Source: Amoebophrya sp. A120 (lineage: Eukaryota > Protista > Dinoflagellata). From it: 64,000 nt of DNA. The stretch is from assembly GCA_905178155.1 (NCBI GenBank), contig CAJINV010000004.1:7385861-7449860 (forward strand). The letters run 5' to 3'. Shown here piece after piece: positions 1 through 14,800 of this stretch. The notes under the pieces were generated by a model that saw only the letters and a list, made by a program, of their open reading frames with translations, was not told where the DNA came from and did not search any database. Made by a program: the position numbers and the translations under genes. The stretch's first letter is position 1, and the number at the start of each line of letters is the position of its first letter.

Positions 1-3000
1 AGCGTGGCTCATGCAGTGCAAAAGCATCGCACTCGCTTCGTACTAATTGCGTTTATGCATTACAAATTTTTTTGTTAAGGCCAATCCGCATTACAAATTG
101 AATTTGTAATGCTAAGTCAATTTGTGATGCAATTTATACTAGTACGTCACTTTTGCAGTTCATATGGCTTTCGCCTGGTTGGAGAGCACGAGGTTGTTGG
201 CGATGTTGCAAACCGCGGTCTTTTATGCATTGCAAACATGTCTGGGTCTGGAAACATGGAACTTGTAATGCTAGTCCTACACTCCTGTAAAATCTGTATT
301 GCGTGACTAACAAAAAAGACGCCCTCCTTGGTCATACAAAAGCGCAGTTTCTCATGCGGACTGAGCATGAGAGAGCGTTCTGCAAACTTGTCATGCTTGG
401 CTGCATTGGCAAATATTTCAGTCATCCACGGCTCAGCATCGCAAATTTCCAGACCCAGACATTTTTGCATTTGATATCTTCACGTGCTGCTGTCTGGCTG
501 CCCGCTGCTGTTGGTCATCCGTGTCGTTCAGCTGTCCACTTTGATGTCCTACTTCTTGGTCGCAGGGATGATGCTGTTTCTGAACATCAAGCGATGTAGT
601 TGTCCCGGCATTACCACAGGAGGTGCTGCTAATATTATTTCCTGTGGAGGTTCTTTTATTCCCTTCAACATCTCCACCTTCGCGAAGCGACGGCGACGAT
701 TCACAGTGAACCTTTGGCTGCGCTTGGGCTTGCGTGGTCCTCGTCGTGTCAGAACAATGCGGCATTTTTTCGGTCGTGAGGACACCTCTTTCTGCACAAG
801 TTATTTCCTCAACAGCCTTGTTTGCACCCGCTGTGCTGCCCGCCCCTGCCTCCTGTCGTGGTGCTTCTGCGTCTTCAGTTTTCATCTTTGCGGAATCTTC
901 TACCGAAGTAGTTGTGGTCATCTCGGCGGCAGCCGGCGCACTATCGCTTGTTGTACAATTGGAAGTGACCACAACCGTGGTGGCAGCTGTTACAACATCC
1001 GTACCGGTACCTGCATCCTCCTTACGACCAGCCTCGACGTCCTTGTCCCCCGCAGCCAAAGCCGTCGTTGCGTCTTCAGCAGTAGAAGTCGCAGCCTCGT
1101 GGTCTTTCTCCTCCTCCTGTGTGGTCACGACAAGAGCATCATCAGTTCTTTCCCCGGCGGCGGATAAAAGCTGCTCTGGCGCTGGTGCTTCATCACCACT
1201 CCTAGTTTTCGTGGTGCCCACAACATCAGGATTGTCCTGCTTGTTGGTCCCCTCGTTATCGTCGTTATGAGCTGGTGTGGCAGGATGCTGGCCATGAAGA
1301 TCTTCGCCGTCTTCCTTCCTCGCAGGTGCAGGTGGTACGACCAGAGATTCGTCCTTCTCGGCCGGCGTTGTAGCAGCCTCGGTTTTCAAATTCTCTGGCT
1401 CTTCCCCGTCACTTGTGGACGACTCGAGGTGCAGCGGCTCGTGAAGATCCATGTCCTTGGACGATAAAGCGGATGAAACTGCGGCCTCTTCATGATGTTG
1501 CTGGTTAACGTTAACCTCTACTTCAGGAAGGGGGGACTGATGTTGGTGCTCTGACTCGTCTATCGAAGCGGTCTGGGCGGAAACATCTACTTCCGGAGAT
1601 CGAGATGCAAATGCAGGAGCCGTACCACTTTTCAACCTTTCGTGCTCGTCTATTTCCTTTTCGTTTTCCATCGCTTCATTTGCATCCTCCATGACAACAT
1701 CAGCTACGTCAACATTTGTGTTTTTGATGCCGTCGTGGTCCTCTACCTCTTGCTCTGCAACATTTACTATTTCTGCACCTGCGCACGGTGTGGGCGTCTC
1801 GTCCGCGTCAAGTTGCATTTCGGAAGCACAAGTCGCAGTCGGAAGAACGCACTGCTCGGGATTCTTCTCTTGCGCTTTTGAAAGACCGGTGTTCGCACTA
1901 GCAACATAATTCGCAGCTGAGTCAGATTTTTTCGCAGGAGTGTTGTCATCTTCATTTCCAACGACCTTGGAGACGCCGTCTTGGAGGTCGCCAATAGTTT
2001 CCATCCTGTTTGCATCGCCCTCCAGAGAAATCATACTCTGCGCCGCAGACAGGTTTTCGTTTTCGGCAGCAGACTTTTCGTCGGGCTCGGTGACACGCGC
2101 GTCCTCGGCCGTGGCAGGAGCTGCATCTTCGATCATATTACTGGTGGCCGCGCCAGTACTAGAAGTTTCCACAACTTTATTATTCGACGTCGTCGCAGAG
2201 GTTGAGACTGTCGTCTCAGTGGTGTTGCATGTTGCTCCCTGTGGAACTTCCGCCACCGGGGAGGATGAGTCCGTGGCCGCTGCAGGAGGCTCTTGTAGCT
2301 CCATATCCCCTTCTTTCATTTCCACATCAACATCTTTGGCGGTGGTCGACGAGTCAACTTTTTTCTCGACGGAAGCTCGTGCCTTTTCAACAGAATCAGC
2401 TGCTCCTGCCTTCTCAACAGAATCAGCTGCTCCTGCCTTCTCAACGGGATCAGCTGCTCCTGCCTTCTCAACAGGATTGGGCACAACAGCACCTAGCGCA
2501 ACATTCGAGGAACTCGAACTGGGTTCAGAAGTACAACCTGCTTGATGTTGTTCCGCAACATTTTCTGCAGTTGGCGTTTTGGTTTTCGTCTCCACCACCG
2601 CATCAGCAGAAGGTGGACTTTCGGCCGCGTCCACCTCCGTGGTGTATTCAGCGTCTAAAATTTTTGCAATCTCCGCCGTCATGGCATCCGTGGTGCCCAG
2701 TGCATTCGGGTCGGCCAGCAGTTGCGAAAGGTAGTCAGCCAGGTAATCGTCCTCTTGGCTTGATGTTCCGGAAGCTCCGGATGAAGCTGCTTTCTCCTGC
2801 TCACCGGCGCACTTCTCAACTTTATTTTCCTGGTTTTTTGCGTCCTGAGGCAGACCTCCTCCAGCACTACTTGCTTTTTTATCTTCGTTTCTATCTTCGT
2901 CCCTCTTGCCCTTGCTGAGAAGCTCGTTATCGCCTTCGCCAAGCGAACTGCATGTGTTTTTGGGCATATTATCCTTTCTGCTTTGAGCACGATGATGTCC

Positions 3001-6000
3001 ACCCGCACCAGCAGCGCAGGCAGCGGCATCTTCGTCTTCCCCACACGGAAAATGCTTCTTGTTGATGATCCCTTGTTCGAGAGCAACTTCTTCAGATACC
3101 GTGTTTGTACCTCCGGCCCCCTCCTTCTGCTCGTCCTGCTGTCGTGCTTCGACCGCCACGACCTCTTCCCCGTTCTTCCGTGATCGCTGTGTATCCAAAA
3201 CCGACGTCTCTCCACTCTCTTGCTCGGCCAACAGGTTCCGCGTCCCGACGTGCTGCGGGCTGTGCTTCTGTTCCGTGGCAATCGCCGCGGCGTGCTCGAG
3301 CGAGGACAGGGAAATGGACGGCGGCGCGCTTGGATCGTAGGGGGCGGTGGGGGCAGCTTTGTCTTCGAGGGTGATCATATGAGTGACAGTTGTTCTTGCT
3401 GAACTTCCGTCCGTCAGGATGTGACTTGGCGTGGTGGTGTCCTTCTTGGCCACGTGGTGCGAGATTGTGGTGATGGTACCACACGACGTGGTCGTGATTG
3501 TCTTAACGTCGCGGACCTGCTGCTGTTGCCCACAGCTCCGGGGCGACGCCGCGGGGGAGGGCGAAAGACGCGGACTGCTGTTCACCGGAGACTGTTGCTG
3601 GATCAAAGCCTGCTGCAGAAAATCCAAGTTCTGGGCCGGCTCGAGAGGGGGCTTGATCATCTGCAGGCTGCTCGTGGAGCCGACGGCAGCGGAAAGATGA
3701 ACGGCTCCTGGCTGATCGTGTCGCACTTGCACCCCCGGAGCTGCCGTGCCATTGGGATCTTGGAAGATGGTCGCTGTCGCTTGTGGTTGTCCACCAGCTT
3801 GTTGGGAGGACGACGTCACCAGAGTTGATGTCTGCTGTTGATGCCGCTGAGTAATAGTAGAACCACTCTGAAGAAGGAGATTCTGTCCAATAGTAGAGGC
3901 AGCTCCTGTAGTACTAGTTCCCGCCACTGCCGCACTCGACGTAGCAGTAGCGGCGACGTTGTTACAGCTTCCGTCCCCCCCTAGCAACACGAAGTTCGGG
4001 TTCGTACTTTCCCTGTTGAAAGAGCCACCAGATGTTGAACCGTACTTCGGCTTGAACGGTTCCCCGTCCAGCATCTCATCGCGCATCGGCATCACCCGTT
4101 GCGAATGCGGCCGCGCAAACTGCTTACGTGCCTTGGCTGCCTCGGCCTGGCGATCGCGCTCCTTGTACATGCGAAGGGACTCGGTCTGAAGATGAAGTTT
4201 TGTGTTTGTCATTTTATTTGATAGTCGTATTTCGTCCAGATCATCTTCTTTTTGTTCCTTCTTATCATTTTTTCGTACAAAAATCTTGGTCTTTCGAGTT
4301 TCAACACCACAAAGGGACAAAGTTACTTTAGAAACACATCAGCAACCGCAAATCAGTATACACTTTCTATACATTGATCTTCTGCAGACACTTGGAAAAC
4401 GACGTGGCAATGGCTCCCGTGGTCCCCGTATGCAATGCAAAAGCATCGTACTAGTATAAATCGCATTACAAATTGACCCAGCATTACAAATTGAATTTGT
4501 AATGCTGATTTGCCTTGAGAAAGAGATTTGTAATGCATGAATGCAATTAGTACGAGTACGATACTTTTGCACAGGATACCCCGACCAAGCTAGCAACCGG
4601 TGCGTGTTCGCCAACTTTTCCATTTCCAGGCGCTTGCAGACGTTCAGAGACAGCAAGCCGGCGATGTCCTTGACTTCGGGCAGGAACGTGGTGCCCGCAT
4701 TGTTCGCCGCGTTAATATTACTAGCAGCACAACTAGTACTTCCAGCGGTCGACGACGTGCCAGGAGTTGCGCCAGTATTTTGCACGACAAACAAACTTTG
4801 CAGTACGCGCTCCGGAAGCAAAGCGTACACCACAATCTTGCCGTTCTTCAGTTCGGCCGCCGGCGCGTAGATCAAGGGAATCGCGTCGGAGATGTTCTGC
4901 ACGGTACCTTGCAAGTAGACCGGAAACAGTTCTTGCTGCAGCAAAGTGATGCCGTTCAAGACGTTGACGGAGATGACCCGGATCCCGGATTGCTGCTTCA
5001 CCTGCTGCAGGTTCTTTTTGTTGGCCTGCGCGAGGTATGACCTGCAAAAGTACCGCACACGTAGTGATTGCTATTATGCATGACAAATCTCTTTCCTAAG
5101 GTAAAACAGCATTACAAATTTCATTTGTAATGCTGAGCGAATTTGTAATGCAATTTATACTACGTACGATGCTTTTGCATTTCATACGAGGGATTTGGGG
5201 AGCATGAGGCACAGCTTCGTGATCACCTCCCCATTGTGGTACATGACCTGCGACGTCTCCTTGAAAAGCATCAACATGGAGTCGGGTATCAAAAGGAAAA
5301 ATTCCCCCACCCAATATCGAAATGGAAATCTGTAATGCGGGATTTGTGTACACAAATCGGCTTTGTCTTGCAGTAGAGGACTGCAGACAGATACAAAGCC
5401 GGACTAGGGATGTTTTTGCGTAGAAGGCGCCTAGCAAGGTAGGGGCATTCTCTGTAGGCCGCACAGCATTAGAAATTGCCTGCAGAACGCGGCGGGGTTT
5501 TTTGTTTGTCTTCTTGCAATACAGAGACGATTTGCATTTGTGACCTCAAATCAGCATCACAAATTTTGAGAAGTATCCCGCTCTGGTATGGAGAGGGGGG
5601 ATTTTTCCTCACAATATCGGGCGGTGTGAAAAACCGCCAGAAGTACGGCGTCTCCTCCAGTTGCAAGTCCCGTTCCTGTATGCATTGCAAAAGTATCGTA
5701 GTCGTAGTAATTGCAGCCATGGTGCATGAGAAATCTGGTTCCTATAGCTCATTCAGCATTACAAATTCCATTACTTCCTTCTGGAAAAGTTTGTAATGCT
5801 ATTTCTACTAGTACGAAGATACTTTTGCGATGCATATCCTGCAGCACCGTGATGTCCTGGGGGAGCTGCTGCTGGGGCAACAGCCCGCCCGTCGTGCTGG
5901 TCGTCGCAGCGGAAATCGACGCCGTCGGTTGTGCAGCTGTTGCACTACAACTTGATAGCAGCGGAGCAACCACAACTGCGTTTTGGATGCTGCTGCCCGG

Positions 6001-9000
6001 GGTCGTACTAGAGGCAGCGGCGGTAGTTGATGTGGTAGCAGAAGATGCGGATGGCGGTCCTGCTGTGGTACCTCCAGCTGCAGAAGCTGCACCAGCAAGA
6101 ACTGCAGAGTTACCCCCTCCTGCTCCTCCTCCCGCGCCAGCTGGGCTACCCAAAGCAGCAGCTGCAGGCTGGTCCAAAGCCCGGATCACAATGGGATGGG
6201 ACGCGGTGCCAGAATTTCCGCCGGAAATTGTGATGGTATTCGGATTCGGCTCCACCAATTGTACCGCCGGTGGGCTCCTGATGCCGGTCTTTGCAGGAGC
6301 TGTAGTTCCCACCGCAGAACTTGCCGTTGGACTGCGACTCCGAAGTCTGCTGCTCGTCGTCCCTGTAGTAGTTGCACCTCGTCGTGCAGTATCCTGTGCA
6401 AAAGTATCTGATACTCGTAGCAATTGCGGTTATGCATTACAAATCTCCTTTCCAAGGTTAAACAGCATGACAAATTCAATTTTTCATGCTGAGAAAATTT
6501 ATTGCAATGCAATTTATAACTAGTACGATACTTTTGCAATGCATATGCAGCAGCGCTGGTCGTCGTCCCAGCACCTCCTCCTGCTCGCTGCCCGCACAGC
6601 AACCCGAACTGCATCGAGTCTGGATTATGCTGCGCCAGTCCACCACTTCCCTGGTGCGCACCAGCCGCGGGCGTAGTACTAGAGCGAGCATGATCCAGGT
6701 CAATATTACCGACTCCTCCGCGATGATCACTACGCACAGAACGGGTTCTACTCAACAAATGGGACGTCGAGTGGTCTGAATGAAAATGTTGAAGACCTGG
6801 TGGCGTTCTGGATCTGGTCCTGGAGTTGTGTTGATCGTGCCCCGTACTGTGAGGTCCTGCGGCTCCAAAGGTGTCATGCGGAAGCTGCTCCACCACGGCC
6901 ATCTTCTGGCGCGGCGTAGGAGCTGCACGGTGGGTGGAGCAACCGGGTGTCGTAGTTCCATGTTGTGTCGAATGATGATGTCCGCCTTGGACTACAACTC
7001 CAGGTGGCGGCCCGGTCCGTCGCGGCAGTCCTGCACCGTAGCGGTGGTCTTGGTCAGCGTTTTGAAGATCGTCGTAAGGATACTGCTCCTGCTGATCACC
7101 TCCCCGGTGGTGATCCTGTTGGGGACGATGTTGATCCAGCTGCAACAAAGTTGGTGGATACTTGCTCTTATGGCCCGCGGCCTGCTCTCGCTCTCCGAGA
7201 TGTAGTTGTTGAGTTCCTGCAGGCGGAGGACAGCCACTGCGTCCCGCCAGCGACCTGTCCATCTTCAGGCTGTTACTGAAGAACGACGATTTATTGATAC
7301 GGTCTTCGTGGTGTGAGTCGAAGGGAAAATGGTGGTCACGTGCCGTCGTGCTGTGTGGCGGGTGATGCTGATCTAGTACTCGGTCGTGCAGATAATCATG
7401 ATCACGAGGAAGGCTATGGTGGTCCAGGTGGTGATGATCCAGCACACCAGCCCGGGACGAAAGCTGCTGGTGGTCTAAACTCCCTGTTACGGCCGAAAGC
7501 TGCTGGTGTCCTAACTGCTCACCCCGAAGGTGGTGGAGTGCTCCACCTGGGGCCGCGGGGCCGCCACGGTCGTGCCGTCCGCCGTGGCGGTCTGCTCTAC
7601 TAGGATGGTACAACCTGTTTTCGACGTCCCGGTGCGCTGCATCTGCTCCGGGGTACGGAAACGTGGATCTGGTCTGTGGAACTACACCAGCGCTCGGAGG
7701 TCCAACTCCGTGGACATCATGGTCGTGGGCCGCAGATGAACTACCTCCTGGAAGATGATCACCTCCATGATGCTCCCGGTGGAAATTAAAATTGTTTCCA
7801 CGACCACCGCCCCTGTGAAAATTGTCCCGGTGCTGGTCGTGGTCGTCCCCACCACGTCGAAGATGTTGATGCGGCATGCTTCTGCCGCTCGCGCTATGCA
7901 TTGCAAAAGTATCGCACTTGTAGTAATCACAGTCACGCATTACAAATCTCCATCCCACGTTAAAACAGCATGACAAACTCCATTTCTCATGCTGAGTGAA
8001 TTTGTCATGCGATTTCTACTAGTACGATACTTTTGCAGTTCATACGCACCCCGAGACGACAACACCGGATCGCCCCCGCCCCCGCCGTGCTCGGACATCG
8101 CGCGCTGCTGTGCCCAGAGCCGGCGGATGCTGTTTGGGGACCCGGTCGGGGACTTCTGGTGCCCCATGGGTGAGTGAATGTCATACTCCGAGCCGCCGCA
8201 GCCGCCCTGTGGTGATTTTTTCAAACAAAAGCAAATCATGTTACTTACAACGTGAACGTCAACTACGTTCTCGTCAACCGGAACGCATATAAAACCAAAT
8301 CTGTCCGACTAAAATGTTCCCCGCTTTCGTCTGTAACATCAGCACGACGACCAAGATGAACAACAACAATACCAGTGGCGCTACATAGTCGCACAGCAAC
8401 TTGTGCACCGCCAAGCAGCAGGAGTCCAAATCCCCGTCAATGACCAGCAGCTCATCCGCCATGCCAAATCCCGCCACGTCATGCCGCAGGGAGCTCGGAC
8501 TGTGGACGTGCTCGAGCGTCAAGATCGTGTTGGTGGACTTTTCGATGGACATCAAGATGTGCTCTCTACTCTCCCCATCGAGGTAATTGTCGTGCTTGTG
8601 GTGGCCAGCACTTCCACTGCTGTCAAACATGCCCGTCCCGAGTTGCAATTCCGGCATAACCATCTTCATTTTGACGACAAATTCTTGCAACAGGGTGAAC
8701 ACCTGCTGGATTGCACGGGTAATGTTCTCGGTCGTGTCACCTATAATTGTTTTTTGTGTAGTTCGAGTTTTGGTTTTATCCAAAGACCACCCCAACTGTT
8801 GAGCAAAAAAATGTACAAGTAAATAGTCGAGCTCCATTTTTCTTGGAGCGGAATGCTAAGGGAATTCGAATTGCTATAATTTCGCACTAAAGCATGAGCA
8901 TCACGAAGCAGAAACTATACCGCCAATCGCCAGTCTGCGTGGGGATTCCGAATCTACTTCCTGGGGCAGAAAGGCGACGCGGGTGGCATTCGCTTTCAAC

Positions 9001-11831
9001 CGCATGTCTTCCAAAACCTGTGAATGATATAGATATTTCACGACATGTTGAAGATTTGAAACTGGATTTTTATGTACCTCCACAACCACGTCTACATCAG
9101 GAGTGTGAGAAGTACTATATGGAATGCTATTACTAGATGAAAAAAATAGACACGTCGACCACACTCGTCCCTAGTAAATTGCAGCAAAATGATCGGCTTA
9201 ATTATACCGGCAAAGTAAACAATGTCACGTCGGATTTGGGGATGACAAGCTGGATGGAGTAGCGACAAGAAGGGCCGTTCGACGTGTCGTCGAAGCCGCC
9301 CTCGAAGATGCTCGTCGCGTTTGACAAGATCGTATCCAGCATATTTTCCTCGTCTCGCGACTGCCCCCGAGAACTACAACCCAGACGCAGCCGGAGCTTC
9401 TGCTGGGCGTTGTGGTTGTGGCTTCCGATGGAAACCCGGTGATATTGTGGAAGTCTGGTCGTGTTGCTGGTGTTCTTGTGATCGTGCAGATGAACAAGAT
9501 GTGGTCCAGCATCACCATGATGGCCAGTTGGAGGATGATGTTGACCACCAGAACTACAACCCGACAGCAGAAACCCGTTGCTGCTCGCATCGCTGGCTGC
9601 GCGGTGCCGGAGGTCTTGCAGAGAGGCACCACGGTCGCGCAGGCGTTGATACGGACCCCCTCCGAGCTGGGGGAGGCGTGTATGGCGTTCTCAACTGTTA
9701 CATTCTGAACTGTTACATGGATTTGTCATGCAAAGCCAGCAATAGGGAAAGGGGAAAGCTTGCAAGTCTTGCATCACAAATTTGGCACGGATTTAGATGC
9801 TGTTTAGCCATTCGATGACTTGTCATGCGAAGCAGCTTGATCGTCTTGCGGATCATGGTCATTTTGCATGACAAATCATGTAACAGTTGAGAATGAAACA
9901 TTTGAGAACGCCATAGCGTGGCGGGACGCCCTGGCGGTGCGGGTGCTGCGATGTAGTTTTTACGGTTAAAAAGTGCGCATTCACAACTTGGATCACACAT
10001 TCACGCATCGGTCGTGTCTACAAACATTAACATTTACCTGCTCAGGAGTCATGCAGCAACAGCATAAAAACGAAAACAAATACGAATACCCCTTTCCCGT
10101 GATGATCAGCCTTTTCGATGAATTCATTAATCGAGTTCAGCAGCGTGTGCATCGGTATCCTGAGTAAAAACGTACCCACACCAGAGTTGTAATGCAAATC
10201 TGCATGCTGAAAATGTTTCTCATGCGGAGCCCCATGAGAAGCAGTTTCTAGTCGTGTTTTGCAATTTGTCATGCTCCAATCAGCATGGTGTGCTAGGTCT
10301 GTGATGCTGCTGAGCTAGCTCAAACAGCACTACACTACGAATCCAAATTTGTGATGCAAAACAGCCAAAACCTGTGGATTTGTCTAGCCGATTCCCCATC
10401 TTGACTATGGTGTGGGTACGTTTTTACTCAGGATAATCGGGTCTTCGTAATTAATCTCATCGACCGGGGCGTACTCATCTGCATTTTTCATTTTGATTGC
10501 ATGCAAAAAAACAAAGGTGTGAAATAAGGAATGTCACATGCACGATGCGCATTGACGAGAATGAAATCCAATCTGTCATACAGTGCTTGTGAAGCAACGA
10601 CTGAATAGTTACCATCTGCCAACTCGTCTTCTTCGTCCTCCGCCCCCGGAGCGATAGTCTGATTCGCATGCGCTGGTGCGACGACACCCGTATAATTTTC
10701 CGCTCCCGCCCCAGCGGCGCCGTTCGACATCATCCCTGCATTGATGATGTTACCTTGTTGCACCACTCCCCGTTGGTTGTGGGGTACGGGCACAAGCTTC
10801 AAGCTCAGCGCGGAACAAGGTGGAGCAGAGCTAGCGTTGCCTTCTGGTTGTTCTTCTGCGTAGTTGTTTCTAGCACTGGGATTTTTATCACAATCTGATG
10901 AAATAAGAGCCTTTTCTTCTTTATCCTCGTCGTCCTCCCGGTCCCGTGCAACTACAAGCCCAGCTGCTGGCGGGAGGGAGCATGGCACCAAAGGCGCCTT
11001 GCTGTCAAGACCTCCCGTGTGGCGAAGGTCATGATCCTGCTGGAGGTCACCTACAACTTCATCTGCCATAATTTCATCGTGGCGGAGCTGCGACGAGAAA
11101 CAAGCTTGACGCTCTTCGGGCTCGAATTCGGCGTTTCTAGTACCCGGACAACTGCAGTTGCAATCCTGATTTTCATCCACATACTCGTCCTCGTCCTCTA
11201 GTAGCATTTCGTCCTCCGACACCACCTCTCCCAGGATCCCCAAAGTTGCGTCCAAAGTCTCGATCACTTTGCTCTCACAGGAAGAGGTGGTCGACATCTC
11301 GAGCTGTACTGCAGCTTCGCGATGTTGATCATGTGCCAGATCGGGGGACGACGCGTGTTGAATCGCGTCTTTGATTTCCTGGTCGAGGTGGGCAGCTGGT
11401 GGTGCTCCTTCGCCCCCGGAGACCGCGTGAGTATCCAGAGGAATCATAGAAGCACGAGTAGAAGTAGCTCCGTGGCCGTCATCAGAGTTGATGATAGCCG
11501 AAAGGAGTTCCTGCTCCTGCTGCCCGTCAGAAGTGATCGCGATCTCACTGCACAAATTTTTCCCGGTTTCTGTACTAATATGTCGGTCGGAGGTCTTGAG
11601 CTCGGGCTCCTTGTCGGCACCAGAATCCTGCTGCTGCTGCGGCGTTGCCCCCGTCCCGAGAGCAGCGGTGCCGTCGTCGTTCTCAGTGCTGGCTATATTC
11701 TCTTGATGTAGCGGTTCCATTTGCAATTTCTTGTCGTCGTCGGTGTTCTCCGTGTTGTAGTAGTCCTCTCGTCCCGAAGTAGAACTAGAAGCTGGTCGTG
11801 GCAGAGTGGTAGTTTCTGCCGCGGTGGACAT
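1..11831 (-). CDS. Very large multi-exon protein with several degenerate KH-like RNA-binding domains and long low-complexity regions (3' end runs off the window; may be two genes)
   Basis: ORF blocks 10488-12020 (probable ATG at 11831), 8274-8837, 6546-7894, 5837-6389, 4579-5035 and 477-4320 are separated by introners or short introns. KH-like patterns: 'ILMSIEKSTNTILTL...LLVIDGDLDSCCLAVHKLL' and 'LMLPKSL...QVKQQSGIRVISV...VYLQGTVQNISDAIPLI'. Exact exon joins were not all verified. Confidence 0.5.
10..164. mobile_element. Introner family A
   Basis: TIR ...gcaaaag/cttttgc...; DR tggct. Confidence 0.85.
224..476. mobile_element. Introner family B
   Basis: TIR ...tgtctgggtctggaa; DR tcttt/tcttc. 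Confidence 0.85.
2381..2474 (-). repeat. Coding tandem repeat, 27-bp unit (VEKAGAADS) about x3.5
   Basis: gccttctcaacagaatcagctgctcct repeated. Confidence 0.9.
4429..4578. mobile_element. Introner family A
   Basis: TAT..ATA TIR; DR ccccg. Confidence 0.9.
5036..5186. mobile_element. Introner family A
   Basis: TIR; DR cgagg. Confidence 0.9.
5287..5616. mobile_element. Introner family D
   Basis: TIR ggaaaaat(t)ccccc; DR tcggg. Confidence 0.85.
5679..5836. mobile_element. Introner family A
   Basis: TIR; DR tcctg. Confidence 0.9.
6390..6545. mobile_element. Introner family A
   Basis: TIR; DR tgcag. Confidence 0.9.
7895..8044. mobile_element. Introner family A
   Basis: TIR; DR cgcgc/cgcac. 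Confidence 0.9.
9681..9915. mobile_element. Introner family C
   Basis: TIR tatggcgttctcaactgttacattct; DR gcgtg. Confidence 0.9.
10156..10435. mobile_element. Introner family E
   Basis: TIR tatcctgagtaaaaacgtacccacacca; DR atcgg. Confidence 0.9.
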
Positions 11832-14800
11832 TCTTTCTTGATTCGTTTCGAGAGTAGAGTGCGCTCGCGGTTGTTGCTCTCCTCGAGGAAAGGAAATAAA
11901 CAACCGACTGCGAAACGTCGCTTCTAAATCGCTTTTCTTTTCGTAGTACAGCACAACTTTACAATAGATATTTTCGTACACAGTGTGGTAGCTCCTCTTT
12001 AACGTCGAAACAAACTGCACTCAAACTCGATCGAACGAGCCGCGTTGCTGTTTGCAATTTTAATATTTTCGCCTATTTGCTTCTGCACCTAAAATTTTTT
12101 TGGTGAATCAAAAACAAAATTCAGAAAGACCACTAAAGTTGTCATGATGAAAGCAGCCGACAGACAATGCCGCGCTTGCCTTGCCGACATCGTGCTATCA
12201 AATATTCGATGCCGCATAAAAATTCGAGGACGGTCATGTTGCCAACAGTACTCCTATATAGTACTTTCTGTCGGCACGAAACGAAACGAAGATAGCGCCA
12301 CCAAATACAGTGCTTTAATACTACTTCCACCTTTTTGCGCGGTTTGTTGTGCTCTCTCTCTGACGCTCGCTAGCAGTGATCGCTTGGGCTTAAGGTCTTG
12401 GTGCGCCACCAGGTTTGCTATCACTACACTGGTCCCTGCTTCTCTCTCCTCGCTACACTGGTGTCATGGTTCTTTGCGGCTATAGAGTTACTACGTGCTA
12501 GAGCTCCTTCCTCGGCAGAAAATAATGATCTTCGACTCAGCATTTTTGCGACGATCTTCTCTGTCAGAGCTTAGGCCGAAATGGAAATCAAAAAAATCTT
12601 CAAAAAAAACATAAATCATGTACAAAAAATCTATCTATGAAGAAGTATGAATGAAGATAAGAAGGACGGCATTCCGGGGACGTCGAGACGCAGGTTGATG
12701 ACGGTGATCGTCCTGATGCGCAGCTGGGAATAAGTACCTGGTGGTGGGTTGCGTTTAATACAGCAGGAAAGATGAAGATAGATGTGCAGGTCTTGCACTG
12801 CCGCCCGTCTCTACCTGCCGAGGTCGCGTGTATCGAGACATTCCGCCATGGTACTGGAACCCGGACTGAAGCGCAATGAAAGCTCCACGCGTGGTCGCTG
12901 GGCGCGAGAAGGAGGACCTGAGACTGGAACCGAAAAGAACTTGAGCCGCCCTATAATTCCTGCACTGGCAGTACTAGCAGTTGTGTGTTGCTGCATTGAT
13001 GTTGATCTGCAAGAGCAAGTAGAGTGGGGGACGTACTGCGCCGTGGTGCAATATGTTGTAACAAGGCTTGCGCCACAATCCCGGTCGCAGAATGGCAATG
13101 GCGGCCGGCGGCGAGGACGACGACCGTAGGGTATACTATATTCAAGGCACAGCTTTCCGCTTCGACGTGCCAGCTTCTGCCGGTAGGAACAAATACCAAT
13201 CGGCTTCTGCCCTAGTCGCGATGATTCGAAGCGCGTCTGCCATTTGCCGCCGGGTCGCCCGTGCCGACAGGCGCAATCATCCCGGCCCGCACTCGCCTAG
13301 TGTTGACGCCAGAGTAGTATACGCGGCCATTCTTCCGAATTGTTTCTACGACCTATCGCGCTCTACTTTCCTCACACATAAAAGTACCTCCTAAGTCTTT
13401 TTGAATTCGCAGGCCGGCGCAGCTGCGAAATAAATCTTTGTTCATTGTGAAAATGGAAGCTCGGCCGAGCGGGATCGCCGAAAACAAGAAAGTCGGTTGT
13501 CTACTAGTGTAACATCGACGATCGTTTGCTTCTCGTCAGTTTCTTGTTCGGACAAGAACCAGCAGGTCTAGATCCACGAAAAGATTGGAATCCGTACCAA
13601 ATCACCACCGGAAATAAATGATGAAACCAGCGATCTGAAAGTCAAGTTCCAGAATCTTCCACTTCTGGAGTAGTTTCTCCTCCAGTTTTTCGCTTTTCGC
13701 ACCTCTTATAGTTTTGCAGAAGCTGTCGAGGCGAGCGACTTTGTTTCAAGGTTTGTTGGCAGTTGTCAATGCCGTGGCAGCTGCAGTTGGTAATCTCCGA
13801 AGTCATCTTCGGACTCGGAGCAGAACACCATAAATAAACCGTCCGAAGGACAGCACGGATTTAGTCGTTCTTGCACGACCACAATTATAGCGCATGCTCT
13901 TGCGGCCAGGTAGCAACTCTGTCAACCGCAATTGTGGCAGAGCGAGCAGTACCAACAACCACCCGGTAAGCGAGCACTGATAGCTTCAGGTAGGAAACTG
14001 GAACACGGTAAAAAATGATAGTACTCCCAGACGTCACTTGTGCTTCTATTTCTTTATTCAAGCAGCGTAGAAGTACCTTCTAAGTAAGAAAGCAACTCTC
14101 GTCTATCTTGTATTTCTTTGGTAGCGGATGCTGTGTGGTAATGGTAAAGCAGATCATGTATGCATCAAATCCACTGCTGCGTGCTGTCCATGCCATGTTG
14201 CCTGGTGCTGCATTTCAAAAATTCTTACACCGCGATCGGAAGATTACAAAAACCAGAAGCAGTTCGCTATTTCATTTTCTACTTGTACTTGCTTCTCGCG
14301 CTCTGTCGCAGTAGCGCTGTTAGGGATAGCATTCGGATTCGGAAAGCGAATCGGTCTCTACAACTTCATGGCGCAGAATAGCAGAGGGACGCTTGTTTTT
14401 CATCACCTTCGTCGAAGTTGTTCCTGCGTCCATTCATCAATATCGGCGATTCGGTCGAAAGATGACGAACAAGTAGAACACTTTTAGAAACTCTTTTAGA
14501 AGCTTCGCGTTCGCTTTCACACCAACCAACGCAACGGCAAAAACACAGCTCGCAAGCAATTGGAACTTGATGTAAAGAATTTATTGTTTCTTCGAAATCA
14601 CAATCGAGGTTCAACAGTAGAGCTTCCACGGGTAGTACTGTTTTTAGTGCTGTTCCTGTTTCCTCGATGATCCTAGAAGTAACATTATACTCGTTCTCGA
14701 TTTTCTTGGGGGGAAGAACATCATATTGTATTTTGGGAATTCCTTTCCTCGCCATGATGAACACGTCGCTTTTAACAGGAAAGGTGTCGCTCGTAGCAAA

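Noticed and set aside
484-8822. Numerous plus-strand ORFs overlapping minus-strand genes (here and throughout the window)
   Set aside because: Antisense shadows of GC-rich exons or translations of introner sequence (e.g. recurring 'LQKYRTS', 'KMSGSG', 'PDPDIF').
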